Source: Vulcanimicrobiota bacterium (GTDB lineage Bacteria; Vulcanimicrobiota; Vulcanimicrobiia; Vulcanimicrobiales; Vulcanimicrobiaceae). From it: a stretch of 64,000 nucleotides of DNA. Position 1 is the stretch's first letter. The number at the start of each line of letters is the position of its first letter. A program made the translations under genes and the position numbers. Below, in pieces: positions 38,627 to 49,218 of this stretch. A model generated the notes under the pieces. The model did not search any database. It saw only the letters and a list, made by a program, of their open reading frames with translations, and had not been told where the DNA came from. Where the stretch lies: the NCBI GenBank assembly GCA_963820825.1, contig CAWGBN010000007.1, positions 192,001-256,000 of the forward strand. Direction: 5' to 3'.

Positions 38627-41098
38627 TCAGGAGAGCAGCGGCAGCTGACGCTCCGGCGGCGCGCGTTTCGGCATCTTCTTGCGGAGCGGAACGCGCGACT
38701 CCAAATCGGCCTCGCCGGAGAGCGCGTCGGCGATCTCTTGCGCGCGCTCGACGACCGCTTCGGGCAAGCCGGCCATCCGCGCCACTTCGATGCCGAACGA
38801 GCGCGACGAGCTCCCCGGCTGCACGCGATGCGAGAAGACGGGGGCGCCACCGCGCGCGGTGTCTTCGACCGCCGTAATGTGATAGTTGACGACCGTCTGC
38901 CAGTGTTCGCTCAACGCGCAGAGCTCGTGGAAATGGGTTGCAAAGAGCACCAGCGGCGTCTGTTCGTCGAGCGATAGGAGAGACTCGCAGATTGCCTGCG
39001 CGATGGCAAGCCCATCGAGCGTGCCGGTGCCGCGTCCGACTTCGTCGATCAAGAGCAGCGAGCGCTGCGTGCTGCGGCGCAGAATGTTCGCCGCTTCGGC
39101 CATCTCCATATAGAAGGTCGATTGTCCCGAGGCGAGGTCGTCGCCGGCGCCGATGCGGGTGAAGATGCGGTCGACGATGCCCAGCTCCATCTTCTTCGCC
39201 GGTACGAACGACCCGATCTGGGCCATGATCGCCAGCAATCCGGTCTGCCGCAGATAGGTCGATTTGCCGCCCATGTTCGGCCCGGTCAGAAGCACGAAGC
39301 GCCGCTCGCCGGCGCGCAGATCGAGATCGTTCGGTACGAACTTCGCGTGGAGAATCGCTTCCATCACCGGATGGCGTCCATCGTCGATTGCCACGATGCT
39401 CTCGTCGACGAAGGTCGGACGCACGTATCCGCGCTCCGCCGAAACGTGCGCGAGCGCCGCGAGGACGTCGATCTCGGCGATCGTGCCGGCAGCCTCGAGC
39501 AGGTCGTCGGCGCGCGCCGCAATCCGTTCGACGAGCGCTTCGAAGAGCTGCGCTTCGAGCCGCTCCTGGCGCGACTGCGCCGTGGAAATCGCGAGCTCGA
39601 GCTCCTTGAGCTCGGGAGTGATGTAGCGTTCGCCGTTTGCCAGCGTCTGCTTGCGCACGTACTCCGGCGGCACGGCGTCGGCATGGTTCTTGCCGACTTC
39701 GATAGCGTAGCCGAAAGGACTCGCATACTTTACTTTGAGGGTCTTGATGCCGGTGCGCTCGCGTTCGCGCTCTTCGAGCTCCGAGAGTTTCGATCGGGTG
39801 TCGCTGCGCAACGCAAGGCATTCCGCAAGCTCGGCATTCGCTTCGGGGCGAATGGCGCCGCCCTCACCGAGCTGCGCGGGCGGCTCGTCGACGAGCGTTC
39901 GCTGCAGGTCGTCGAGCAGCTCGGAAAAATCGGCGATGCGCGCGAGCAGCCCCGCGAGTGCCTCGCCAGCCATGCGGCGCAGCGGTGCGAGGATCTCGAG
40001 CGTGCGCCGGAGCGAGGCGAGATCGCGCGGACTCGCGCGGCGAAAACGCACCTTCTGCGCGATTCGCTCGAGATCGAAGGCGCCGCGTAGGATCTCGCGG
40101 ATGGATCCGCGGCGCGAATGCTCGCCAAGCAACGACGCGACGGCATCCTGGCGGGACTCGATCGCATCGCGGTCGACGAGCGGCGCGAGAATCCAGCGCG
40201 CGAGCAAGCGCGAGCCCATCGCGGTCGCGCAGGCGTCGAGCGTCGCCAGCAGCGTCGCGCGCGGATTCTGACCCTGCGCGCGCGTCAGCTCGAGATGCTT
40301 GCGCGTTGCCGGATCGAGCACCAAAAAGTGACGGCGACGATAGAGCTGGGGCCGAATCGGTCCCGCCTCGCCGTTGGTGACGCCGGTGCGTTCGACGAAG
40401 GCGCGCAGCGCTTCGAGCGCGCGGTGAACCGCGAACGACTCTTCGAGCGAGTAGCCGTCGAAGGTTTCGCGTTCGCGGGTTTCGACGATCCCTAAACTCG
40501 GTGTAGCGAGTCGCGCACCCGTCGCCTCGATCGCGGTCGCGATCGTCGCGCGAAGATCGGCCGGCACGTCGGCGACGATCTCCGAGGGGGCGACCCGGGC
40601 GAGCTCGGCGAGCAGTTCGTCGTAGGCATCCTCCCCTCCGAGCGCCGTCGCCGCGGCGTAACTCGTCGAGACGTCGGCGTAGGCCAGGGCAAAGGTTTCG
40701 CCGACCGCCGCGACCGCGGCGATGAAATTGTTCTGCTTTCCGTCGAGGAGCTGCTCTTCGATCAGCGTGCCGGGCGTAACGAGCCGCACGATTCCGCGCG
40801 CAACGAGCCGGTTTGGCTGCGGGATCTCGAGCTGCTCGGCAAGCGCGACGATGAACCGCTGCTGCACGAGTTTGGCAAGATATCCCGGCAGCGCGTGGTG
40901 GGGCACGCCGGCCATCGCGACGCGCTTGCCGCCGCCGGCCTCTTTGCTGGTGAGTGCGATCTGCAGCGCGCGCGCGATCGTTTCGGCATCCTCGCCGTAA
41001 GCCTCGTAAAAATCGCCGACGCGCGAGAGCAAGATCGCCTCGGGATGCTTGTTCTTCATCCCAAAGTACTGCTCGAGCATCGGCGAAAACTTTGCCAA
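38627..41098 (-). CDS. mutS: DNA mismatch repair protein MutS
   Basis: GDFYE, MAGVP, TPGT, GRHPV, TGPNMGGKST, STFYMEM, DEVGRGT and FATHFHEL. Confidence 0.97.
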   Translation of the reverse strand: MAKFSPMLEQYFGMKNKHPEAILLSRVGDFYEAYGEDAETIARALQIALTSKEAGGGKRVAMAGVPHHALPGYLAKLVQQRFIVALAEQLEIPQPNRLVARGIVRLVTPGTLIEEQLLDGKQNNFIAAVAAVGETFALAYADVSTSYAAATALGGEDAYDELLAELARVAPSEIVADVPADLRATIATAIEATGARLATPSLGIVETRERETFDGYSLEESFAVHRALEALRAFVERTGVTNGEAGPIRPQLYRRRHFLVLDPATRKHLELTRAQGQNPRATLLATLDACATAMGSRLLARWILAPLVDRDAIESRQDAVASLLGEHSRRGSIREILRGAFDLERIAQKVRFRRASPRDLASLRRTLEILAPLRRMAGEALAGLLARIADFSELLDDLQRTLVDEPPAQLGEGGAIRPEANAELAECLALRSDTRSKLSELEERERERTGIKTLKVKYASPFGYAIEVGKNHADAVPPEYVRKQTLANGERYITPELKELELAISTAQSRQERLEAQLFEALVERIAARADDLLEAAGTIAEIDVLAALAHVSAERGYVRPTFVDESIVAIDDGRHPVMEAILHAKFVPNDLDLRAGERRFVLLTGPNMGGKSTYLRQTGLLAIMAQIGSFVPAKKMELGIVDRIFTRIGAGDDLASGQSTFYMEMAEAANILRRSTQRSLLLIDEVGRGTGTLDGLAIAQAICESLLSLDEQTPLVLFATHFHELCALSEHWQTVVNYHITAVEDTARGGAPVFSHRVQPGSSSRSFGIEVARMAGLPEAVVERAQEIADALSGEADLESRVPLRKKMPKRAPPERQLPLLS

Positions 41099-41108
41099 GC
41101 CCGATTTC

Positions 41109-42510
41109 CTAAATGAGATCGATCACCGGACGGCCGACGGGCTCTCCTGCCTGCGAAAACCGCGCCGCGCGCGCGACGACCCTACCGGTGCATCCCCACA
41201 CGTGCGCGCTCTCGATCGCAACGTCGAGCCACGGCGTATTGACGGCGGGATACTCCGGCGGCTTCGGCGCGACGACGGTCACGTTGTCGGGCGTCTTGGC
41301 GGCCAGACGCGTTGCGTCTTTCTTCGATTCACCGGCGATTAGCGCGCGGACGACGCGGCCTTCCATCCGGTCATGGTAGCGCCGCGTGACAAGATTCTGC
41401 GCGTCGGCCAGCCGCGCGAATCGCGCGGCTGTAACGTCTTGAGGTACCTGCTCCCAGCGAGCGGCCGGGGTTCCGCGCCGAATCGAATAGATAAAGGTAA
41501 ACGCGTTGGCAAAGACGCCGGTCTCGACGTATGCGAGCGTCGCGTCGAAATCGTCTTCGGTCTCGCCGGGAAAGCCGACGATGAGGTCGGTCGTGATCGC
41601 GGCGTGAGGAAAGCGCGAGCGGATCGACCCGACGAGCCGGTCGAACTGCGCGAGCGTGTACTTGCGGTTCATTCGCCGCAGCACGGCATCGCTGGCCGAC
41701 TGCAACGGAAGATGAATCCGCGGATTGAGCTGCGGCAGCGCGGCGAGATCGTCGAGGATCTTCTCGGTGAAATCTTTGGGATGCGGCGAGATGAAGGTGA
41801 GCCGCTCCAAGCCGGGCGAGCTGGGTGACGGCCCGGCAGAGATCGCCGAAGTCTGCCCCGCTCGCGGGATCGCGCCACGCGTTGACGGTCTGCCCGACGA
41901 GCATGATCTCGCGCGCACCGAGCTCGATTCGCTCGCGCGCTTCGGCCAAGATCGTATCCTGCGGCCGGTGATCGAACCGACCGCGCACGTGCGGAACGAT
42001 ACAGAACGTACAATAGTACGAGCAACCTCGCTGGACCGTCACGAACGCGCGCAAGTGCGAGAACGCATCGGTGACGCCATCGGCCGTGCCGCCGAGAGCG
42101 AAACGCACGATATCGTCCTTCTTGCGATCCTGCGGCGCGCCCGGGAGCATCTCGCGGGTCGCCCAGGCGGCGAGCTGATCGCCCAGCTGCACCAGCTCGC
42201 GCGTTCCGAAGACCGCGTCGACGTGCGGCGCGCGCCGGCGCATCGTCTCGTGGTCTTGCTCGGCGAGACACCCCGTGACCACCAGACGCACGCTCGGGTC
42301 GCTCAACTTGAGCGCCTTGAAGTGATTCATGCGCCCGTAAGCGCGGCGCTCGGCGTTGTCGCGTACCGTGCAGGTATTGAGGACAACAACGTTCGCCTCT
42401 TCCGGCGAGGAAGCCACGTCGTACCCGGCCGAGCTCGCGCGCTCGGCAATGTAGCGTGAATCGGCTTCGTTCATCTGACAGCCGAACGTCTCGATGTAGA
42501 GGCTGGGCAT
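41109..42510 (-). CDS. miaB: tRNA methylthiotransferase MiaB (frameshift near 41820)
   Basis: TFGCQMNEADS, NTCTVR, GCSYYCTFCIVP, SPHPKDF, HLPLQS and DLIVGFPGET. Confidence 0.93.
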
Positions 42511-42542
42511 GCTCGGAGAGCGCTGTTCGAGAACAGGGGGGC

Positions 42543-43906
42543 ATGCTCCACCCGGCGACGGTCGCAATCGTCGGACGGCCGAACGTCGGCAAAAGCGCCC
42601 TCTTCAACCGCTTGATCGGCCGACGGCTCGCAATCGTCGAGGATACGCCCGGCGTTACCCGCGACCGGCTCTACGCGCTCTGCGATTGGCGCGGCTCGAT
42701 CTTCAGCATGGTCGACACCGCCGGCATCGATCCCGATGCCGATATGGCCCACGGCGCCGAGCTGGCCGAAGCGACGCGCCGCCAAGCCGAAGCCGCCGCC
42801 GACGAATCCGACGTGATCGTGTTCGTGGTCGACGCGCAGACCGGGCTTCATCCCCTCGACGACGACGTCGCAGCGATCTTGCGCCGAAAGCGCCGCCCGA
42901 TCGTCTTGGTCGCGAACAAAGCCGAGGCGCCCGACGCCGCGGCGGCCGTCCACGCCGAGTTCTCCCGGCTCGGTTTCGGCGAGCCGGTCGCCGTCTCGGC
43001 GATCCACGGTGAGGGGACCGGCGACTTGCTCGACCGCATCGTCGCACTCTTGCCGCCGGAATCGGCGCCTTCCGAGGCGGGAGGCGAGCTCGCGCTGGCC
43101 GTGATCGGCCGGCCGAACGTCGGCAAGAGCTCGCTGCTCAACGCGCTGCTCGGCGAGGAGCGCGCACTCGTATCGGCGAGCCCCGGAACGACGCGCGATA
43201 CGGTCGACACGCTCTTTCGCTGGCACGATCGTACGCTGCGGCTGATCGACACCGCCGGATTGCGCAAGAAACCCGAAGCGCACGGCGCGATCGAATACTA
43301 TGCGGCGCTTCGCTCGCTCTCGGCGATCGCGCGCTGCGACATCGCGCTGCTCGTCTTCGACTCGATGACCGGCGTCATGATGCAAGACCGGCGACTCGCC
43401 GGCATCGCGATCGAAGAACGTAAGGGCCTGATCATCGTCGGCAACAAGTGGGATCTGGTTCGCGAGCAGACCGGCGACTTCAGCCAAGACGAGCTGGCGC
43501 AGGCCATTCGCGAGCACGATTCCATTCGCCGCGTTCGCGCCGATCACGTTTCTCTCGGCAAAGACGCAGCGCCGATTGGGAAGTCTTGATGCCGATCGTA
43601 ACGCGCGTCGCCGAGAATCTCGACCGGCGCGTTCCCACTCCGCAGCTCAACGAGATCGTGCGCGACGCGGTACTCGCCCATCCGCCGCCGGCGTGAGCGG
43701 AAGCGCGTCTTCAGCATCTACTACGCCTCGCAGCCGGCGACGCACCCGCCGATCTTCGTCTTCTCACTGCAACGATCCCGATCTCGTGCAGCCGCACTAC
43801 AAGCGCTTTCTCGAACACACGATTCGGCAGCATTTCGATTTCGAAGGCGTTCCGCTGACGCTGCGAGTTTCGGGGACGCCGCCGAGAGGACGAGGAGCAC
43901 GCGTGA
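42543..43906 (+). CDS. der: Ribosome biogenesis GTPase Der/EngA (frameshifts in the 3' part)
   Basis: Two GTPase domains (GRPNVGKS twice, DTAG twice, NKAE/NKWD) and KH-like end HYKRFLEHTIRQHFDFEGVP. Confidence 0.93.
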
Positions 43907-44520
43907 GTGAGACCGGGTTCGCGATCCCGATCGTTTCGTTCGCCGGTGCGTTCTTGATCGGCTCGATTCCATTCGGATACGTCATCGGCCGTTTCTTCTA
44001 CCGTACGGATATTCGCCGTCAAGGCTCGGGAAATATCGGCGCGATGAACGCGCTGCGAACGCTCGGCAAAGGCGGCGCCGTTGCAGTGCTGCTGCTCGAT
44101 GCGCTCAAAGGCTTTGCGCCGACGCTCTGGTCGCTCTTCTTCTTTAACGATCGTTCCATCGCGGCGATCGTCGCCGCCGGAGCCGTGCTCGGACACTGCT
44201 TCTCCCCGTGGTTGCGCTGGCGCGGAGGAAAGGGCGTTGCGACGTCGTTCGGGGCGGTCTTTGCCTTCAGCTGGCCGGCGGGGCTGGTCGCGGTGGCGGG
44301 ATGGATTGGAGGAGCGTTGCTGACGCGCTATTCGTCGGTGGGATCGATCCTCGGAAGCGTGCTCGCGCCCTTTGCGATTTGGTTCTTGACCCGATCGCTC
44401 CCCGAAACGGCCTATGGTGTCTTTGCAGCGCTCTTGATCATTTTCACCCATCGCGAGAATATCGCGCGCCTGCGCGGCGGCACGGAGAATCCAATTCGCC
44501 TCACCGGACGCCGCGCCTAA
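43903..44520 (+). CDS. plsY: Glycerol-3-phosphate acyltransferase
   Basis: GSIPFG, DIRRQGSGNIGAMN, DALKG, GHCFS, GGKGVAT and HRENIARL. Confidence 0.95.
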   Translation: MSETGFAIPIVSFAGAFLIGSIPFGYVIGRFFYRTDIRRQGSGNIGAMNALRTLGKGGAVAVLLLDALKGFAPTLWSLFFFNDRSIAAIVAAGAVLGHCFSPWLRWRGGKGVATSFGAVFAFSWPAGLVAVAGWIGGALLTRYSSVGSILGSVLAPFAIWFLTRSLPETAYGVFAALLIIFTHRENIARLRGGTENPIRLTGRRA

Positions 44521-44577
44521 CCGGGGCGTACCGAGCGCCAGGGCTTCGCGCGCTTCGAACCGTACTACCGGCAGCGC

Positions 44578-45138
44578 ATGATCTCCTCAAACGACCTTCG
44601 TAACGGCGTGACCATCGTCGTCGACGGCCAGCTCTGGACCGTCATCGAGTTTCTACACGTCAAACCGGGCAAAGGCTCGGCCTTCGTCCGCACGCGGCTC
44701 AAGAACGTCAAGACCGGCACGACGCTCGAGCGAACCTTTCGCGCCGGCGAGAAGCTCGAACGGGCCACCGTCGACAACCGGCAGATGCAGATGCTCTACA
44801 ACGACGCCGACGGCTATCATTTCATGGATCAGGAGTCGTTCGAGAACGTAACGCTGCAGCGCGATCTCATCGGCGACCCGGCCGACTTTCTCAAAGACGG
44901 CATGGTCGTCGACATGCAGTTCCACGACGGCGCCGCGATCGGCGTCGACCTTCCCGCCCACGTGGAATTGAAGATCGTCGAAACGGATCCCGGTTTCCGC
45001 GGCGATACGGCGACGAACACCACCAAGCCCGCGAAGCTCGAAACGGGCGCGACCGTCCAGGTTCCGCTCTTCGTCGAAAGCGGCGACGTCATCCGCATCG
45101 ACACGCGCGACCGGCGCTACATCGGCCGCTCCGGCTAG
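44578..45138 (+). CDS. efp: Elongation factor P
   Basis: HVKPGKGSAFVR, PGFRGDT and KPAKLETG...VPLFV. Confidence 0.97.
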   Translation: MISSNDLRNGVTIVVDGQLWTVIEFLHVKPGKGSAFVRTRLKNVKTGTTLERTFRAGEKLERATVDNRQMQMLYNDADGYHFMDQESFENVTLQRDLIGDPADFLKDGMVVDMQFHDGAAIGVDLPAHVELKIVETDPGFRGDTATNTTKPAKLETGATVQVPLFVESGDVIRIDTRDRRYIGRSG

Positions 45139-45153
45139 TCGTTCGGGCGCTCC

Positions 45154-45924
45154 GTGCGCTTCGCACTCGAGCTCTTCGGCGCCGCTTTTATCGCGAGCGT
45201 CTTCGGCTCGATGGTCGGACTCGGCGGCGGCTTTATCCTGGTACCGATCCTTCGCATCTTTCTTGGGTTCTCGCCCGCGAATGCGGCGGGAACCTCGCTC
45301 GTCCTCATCGTCGCCAATAGCGCGAGCGGCGCCTTTACCTACCTGCTTCACCGGCGCGTCCATCTGAAGATCGGGATTCTCATCGCGATCGGCGGCATAC
45401 CGAGCAGCATTCTCGGCGCGATCGTATCGCTGCACATTCCCGTTCGCATCTTCGACATTCTCTTGGCAGTGGTGCTGATCGCGATCGCCGTCGACATGGC
45501 CTGGAATGCCGAGAAGCGCATTGCCGGACGCCCCGAAGGGCGCGAGATCCGCGAACTCAAGGGTATGTCGTATCGCGGCGCGCTGGCGCTCGGCTTCGTG
45601 GTCGGGATATTCTTGAGTCTCTTCGGTTTGGGCGGCGGCATCGTGCTCGTGCCGTCCTTCCTCTACTTTTCGGAACTACCGGCACACGCGATCAGCGCCA
45701 CCTCGCACTTTGCGATTCTACTCACGTCGCCGCCGGGACTCATCACTCACATCCTGCAGCACGACGTGGTCGGGAAAGACGTGGTGCCGCTCGTCGCGGG
45801 CGGATTGCTCGGCGGACCGATCGGCGCGCGCCTCTCGCTGCGCTTACGCTCGCCGCAACTCCTGATCGTCGTGGCGATCGCGCTCGTCACCGCCGCGATC
45901 ACGCTGGTCTGGCGGCAGTTGTAG
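45154..45924 (+). CDS. TauE/SafE (TSUP) family permease
   Basis: Duplicated GLGGG..LVP motifs and about 8 TM helices. Confidence 0.88.
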   Translation: MRFALELFGAAFIASVFGSMVGLGGGFILVPILRIFLGFSPANAAGTSLVLIVANSASGAFTYLLHRRVHLKIGILIAIGGIPSSILGAIVSLHIPVRIFDILLAVVLIAIAVDMAWNAEKRIAGRPEGREIRELKGMSYRGALALGFVVGIFLSLFGLGGGIVLVPSFLYFSELPAHAISATSHFAILLTSPPGLITHILQHDVVGKDVVPLVAGGLLGGPIGARLSLRLRSPQLLIVVAIALVTAAITLVWRQL

Positions 45925-47352
45925 CTAGCCGCTCGGGCGCGTCATCTTCGCCGGCACGACGATGCGCTCGTACTCTTCTTCGGTCACGTGACCCAAGCCC
46001 AAGGCGGCCTGCTTGAGCGTCGTCTTCTCGTGATGGGCCTTCTTGGCGATCTCGGCGGCTTTGTCGTAGCCGATCTTCGGCGAGAGCGCGGTGACCACCA
46101 TCAGCGATTCGTCGAGATACTTGCGAATCTGCTCCTCGTTCGCTTCGAGTCCCTCGACGGCGTGCTCGCGGAACATCGTGCAGGCGTCGCGCAGCAGATT
46201 CGTCGAGTGCAGAAAGTTGTAGACGATGACCGGGTTGAAGACATTGAGCTCGAAGTTCCCCTGCGAGGCGCCGAAACTGATCGCCAGGTCGTTGCCGAAG
46301 ACTTGCACGCAGACCATCGTCATCGCCTCGGACTGCGTCGGATTCACTTTGCCCGGCATGATCGAGCTCCCCGGCTCGTTCTCCGGCAGAATGAGCTCGC
46401 CGATCCCGGCTCGCGGGCCCGAGGCGAGCCAGCGGATATCGTTGGCGATCTTCATCAATGCCGCGGCGAGCATCTTGAGCGCGCCCGAGGCAAAGACGAA
46501 ATCGTCGTGCGAGGCGAGCGCCGTAAACTTATTTGGATGCGAGCGAAACGGGAGTCCGGTGAGCTCCGCGATCTTGGCCGCGGTGCGCTCGCCGAACTCG
46601 GGGTGCGCGTTGAGCCCTGTTCCGACCGCGGTGCCGCCGATCGCGAGATCGTAGAGCGGATCGAGCGCCTCTCCGCAGGCCTTCATCGCGCGGTCGAGTT
46701 GGGTAACGTATCCGGAGAACTCTTGCTCGAGCGTGATCGGCGTCGCGTCTTGCAGGTGCGTGCGCCCCACCTTCACAACGTGCGCCCAGCCCTTTGCCTT
46801 TGCGGCGAGCGCGTCGCGCAACGCCTTCACCGCCGGCAGCATCCCGGCCATTGCCTGCGCTCCGGCGACGTGCATCGCGGTCGGGAACGTATCGTTCGAC
46901 GACTGCGACATGTTGACGTGATCGTTTGGATGGACCGGCTTCTTCGAGCCCAGCTCGCCGCCGGCGATCTCGATCGCGCGGTTCGAGATCACCTCGTTGA
47001 CGTTCATGTTCGTCTGCGTTCCCGAGCCGGTCTGCCAGACGCGCAGCGGAAAGTGAGCGTCGAGCCGTCCTTCGGCGACTTCATCGGCAGCGCGAACGAT
47101 CAGGCCCATCTTCTCGGCATCGAGTTTGCCGAGATCGTGATTGACCAGCGCGGCGGCCTTTTTCAATACCGCCATCGCTTTGACGACCTGACGCGGCATG
47201 ACGTCGCGCGGCCACACACCGTCGCCGATGTCGAAGTGCACCAGCGAGCGCGCCGTCTGCGCGCCGTAATACTTGTCGGCGGGAACGTCTATTCGCCCCA
47301 TGGAGTCGCTCTCGGAGCGCGTCATGGAAGCCGCTTTGGTCGTCATCGTCAT
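45925..47352 (-). CDS. fumC: Class II fumarate hydratase
   Basis: [29 protein letters not shown] and [15 protein letters not shown]. Confidence 0.97.
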   Translation of the reverse strand: MTMTTKAASMTRSESDSMGRIDVPADKYYGAQTARSLVHFDIGDGVWPRDVMPRQVVKAMAVLKKAAALVNHDLGKLDAEKMGLIVRAADEVAEGRLDAHFPLRVWQTGSGTQTNMNVNEVISNRAIEIAGGELGSKKPVHPNDHVNMSQSSNDTFPTAMHVAGAQAMAGMLPAVKALRDALAAKAKGWAHVVKVGRTHLQDATPITLEQEFSGYVTQLDRAMKACGEALDPLYDLAIGGTAVGTGLNAHPEFGERTAAKIAELTGLPFRSHPNKFTALASHDDFVFASGALKMLAAALMKIANDIRWLASGPRAGIGELILPENEPGSSIMPGKVNPTQSEAMTMVCVQVFGNDLAISFGASQGNFELNVFNPVIVYNFLHSTNLLRDACTMFREHAVEGLEANEEQIRKYLDESLMVVTALSPKIGYDKAAEIAKKAHHEKTTLKQAALGLGHVTEEEYERIVVPAKMTRPSG

Positions 47353-47365
47353 GCCGCTCCGTTCG

Positions 47366-47932
47366 TCATCGCTCGCGGCCTCTCCGCGCGGCACGCGCGC
47401 CGTCGAGGGAGTTGCCCGCAGCGCGCATCTCCACGATCTCGTAGATCGTGAGCGGATATCGCTCGTCAAAGCGACGTTTGTTGCAGTGCGGACAGCTCGC
47501 CGGCCGGCGCGGCACGCTGCGGCGCAGCACTTCGAAGCTGCAGCGCTCGCAGCGCAGGATGAACCGCTTGCTCGATTCCCTCAGCGGGCCGACATTTCCG
47601 AGCTCGTGGTAGATCGAGCTGAGGCCGCATTCGCGCAGCTTGCGCTTGAATCGCGGTCCGTGACCGGTATCGCGGAATTTGGCGTAGCACCAGGCGTGGA
47701 TCATCTCGTGCAGGAGCGTCTCGGTCAGTGCCGCGGGCTGCTGCCGGAAATGCTTCGGCGAGAGCTCGATGATCATCGGATCGCGGCCGTACGTGGTGCG
47801 CCCGGCCGTATTCGAGAAGCGCTCGTTGTAGCAGATCCGGCAATCGGGAACCTCGCCGTTGAAGTGCTCGTAGTTCAACCGAGCAAAGAGCAACTGCAGA
47901 TCGGCCTCACTCGGCAACGCACGCACCACCAC
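47366..47932 (-). CDS. SprT-like zinc metalloprotease
   Basis: [14 protein letters not shown] and zinc ribbon CERC...CPHC. Confidence 0.85.
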   Translation of the reverse strand: MVVRALPSEADLQLLFARLNYEHFNGEVPDCRICYNERFSNTAGRTTYGRDPMIIELSPKHFRQQPAALTETLLHEMIHAWCYAKFRDTGHGPRFKRKLRECGLSSIYHELGNVGPLRESSKRFILRCERCSFEVLRRSVPRRPASCPHCNKRRFDERYPLTIYEIVEMRAAGNSLDGARAARRGRER

Positions 47933-47968
47933 GCATGATTTCGTTCGCGGAGCGTCCAACCGAATCTT

Positions 47969-48388
47969 GTGACCGAAAAAGAGCCGGGCGGTCTGCCGCC
48001 CCGGATCTACCTGCCGATCGTCGCGCTCGTCGCTGCGATCTTTCTCGCTGCGATGGCATATCTCGTGGGCGTCGGCCTCGGAGTCACCGGCTCGGTCTTC
48101 GGCAAAACCGCAAAGCCGGCCGCGAGCGCGGCACTCGAGCAGGGCTCACAGAACCGCGTTGAGGGCGGTCCGCCCGCACCGGTCGTCGCGCAGCTGCAGA
48201 GCTTGCGCGCACGCATCGCCGCCCATCCCAACGACGACGTTGCGCTCACGCAGCTTGGCGACATGTATCTGGCGGCCAATCATTTCGAAGAGGCGATTCC
48301 GCTCTATCGCCGCGCTCTTCGCGCCAATCCGCACAATGTTGCAGCATCAACCGGCCTCGCGCAGGCGCAGGAAGCGCTGCGGCAATGA
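47969..48388 (+). CDS. Membrane-anchored TPR protein
   Basis: N-terminal TM helix; TPR ALTQLGDMYL....FEEAIPLYRRALRANP. Confidence 0.8.
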   Translation: MTEKEPGGLPPRIYLPIVALVAAIFLAAMAYLVGVGLGVTGSVFGKTAKPAASAALEQGSQNRVEGGPPAPVVAQLQSLRARIAAHPNDDVALTQLGDMYLAANHFEEAIPLYRRALRANPHNVAASTGLAQAQEALRQ

Positions 48389-49218
48389 GGCTCTACATCT
48401 CGTGCGACATGGAGGGAACCGCCGGCGTCTGTTCGTGGAAGCAGTGCGACCCGAGCGACGCGCACGAATATCCGATCTTTCGCCGGTACATGACGCGTGA
48501 GGTCGCCGCCGCGGTCGAGGGCGCGCGCGAGGGCGGAGCGCGCGGAGTCTTGATCAACGACTCTCACTGGTCGATGCGCAATCTGCTGCTCGACGAGCTC
48601 CCGCACGACGGCGATCTGCGCGTGATCTCCGGCGCTCCCAAGCCCTGGAGCATGATGCAAGGCCTCGACGCCACGCCGGATGCGGTCTTCTTTACCGGAT
48701 ACCACGCCAAGGCGGGAGGCTGCGCGACGCTCTCGCACACGTTCAGTGAGTCGATTTACACCGTTTCGGTGAACGGGACGTTCTGCAGCGAGGCGTTGCT
48801 CAATGCCGGGCTGGCAGGCAGCTATGGCGTGCCGGTCGTGCTGATCACCGGCGACCATACGATCGTCGAGGAGACGACGCGCGCGATGCCGTGGGCGATC
48901 GGCGTCGCGGTCAAGAACGCGATCGGCTTCTCGGCGGTAAATTCGCTGACGCCACAGGCGGCGTGCGAAGCAATCCAGGCCGGCGCTCGCGAAGCGTTGG
49001 GTCGCATCGAGCGAGCGAAGCCCTTCGTCTTCGACTCGCCGTTCGAGCTGACGATCGAGACGGCCGCGGTCGAACACGCCGACTTCATCGAGCTCCTTCC
49101 CGGCTTCACGCGCATCGGCGGCCGGGCCGTGCGCTTTTCATCGACGCATTACCCGACGCTGCTGCAAGCCTTCATCGCTGCGACGCGCATCGCCGCCGCC
49201 GCCAATCCCATCGCATGA
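48385..49218 (+). CDS. M55 family D-aminopeptidase (DppA-like)
   Basis: YISCDMEG, INDSH, KPWSMM, GYHA, LSHT and SEALLN. Confidence 0.92.
   Translation: MRLYISCDMEGTAGVCSWKQCDPSDAHEYPIFRRYMTREVAAAVEGAREGGARGVLINDSHWSMRNLLLDELPHDGDLRVISGAPKPWSMMQGLDATPDAVFFTGYHAKAGGCATLSHTFSESIYTVSVNGTFCSEALLNAGLAGSYGVPVVLITGDHTIVEETTRAMPWAIGVAVKNAIGFSAVNSLTPQAACEAIQAGAREALGRIERAKPFVFDSPFELTIETAAVEHADFIELLPGFTRIGGRAVRFSSTHYPTLLQAFIAATRIAAAANPIA

Noticed and set aside
42523..42536. Palindrome CTGTTC-GA-GAACAG between miaB and der as a LexA box
   Set aside because: Orientation and spacing do not fit GAAC-N4-GTTC or CTG-N10-CAG. It is more simply explained by overlapping divergent GAAC promoter elements.
45988..47451. 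Long antisense ORFs (opposite fumC, also 60479-61930, 32976-34298 and 29621-30760)
   Set aside because: These are shadow ORFs expected from high-GC codon bias and show no motifs.
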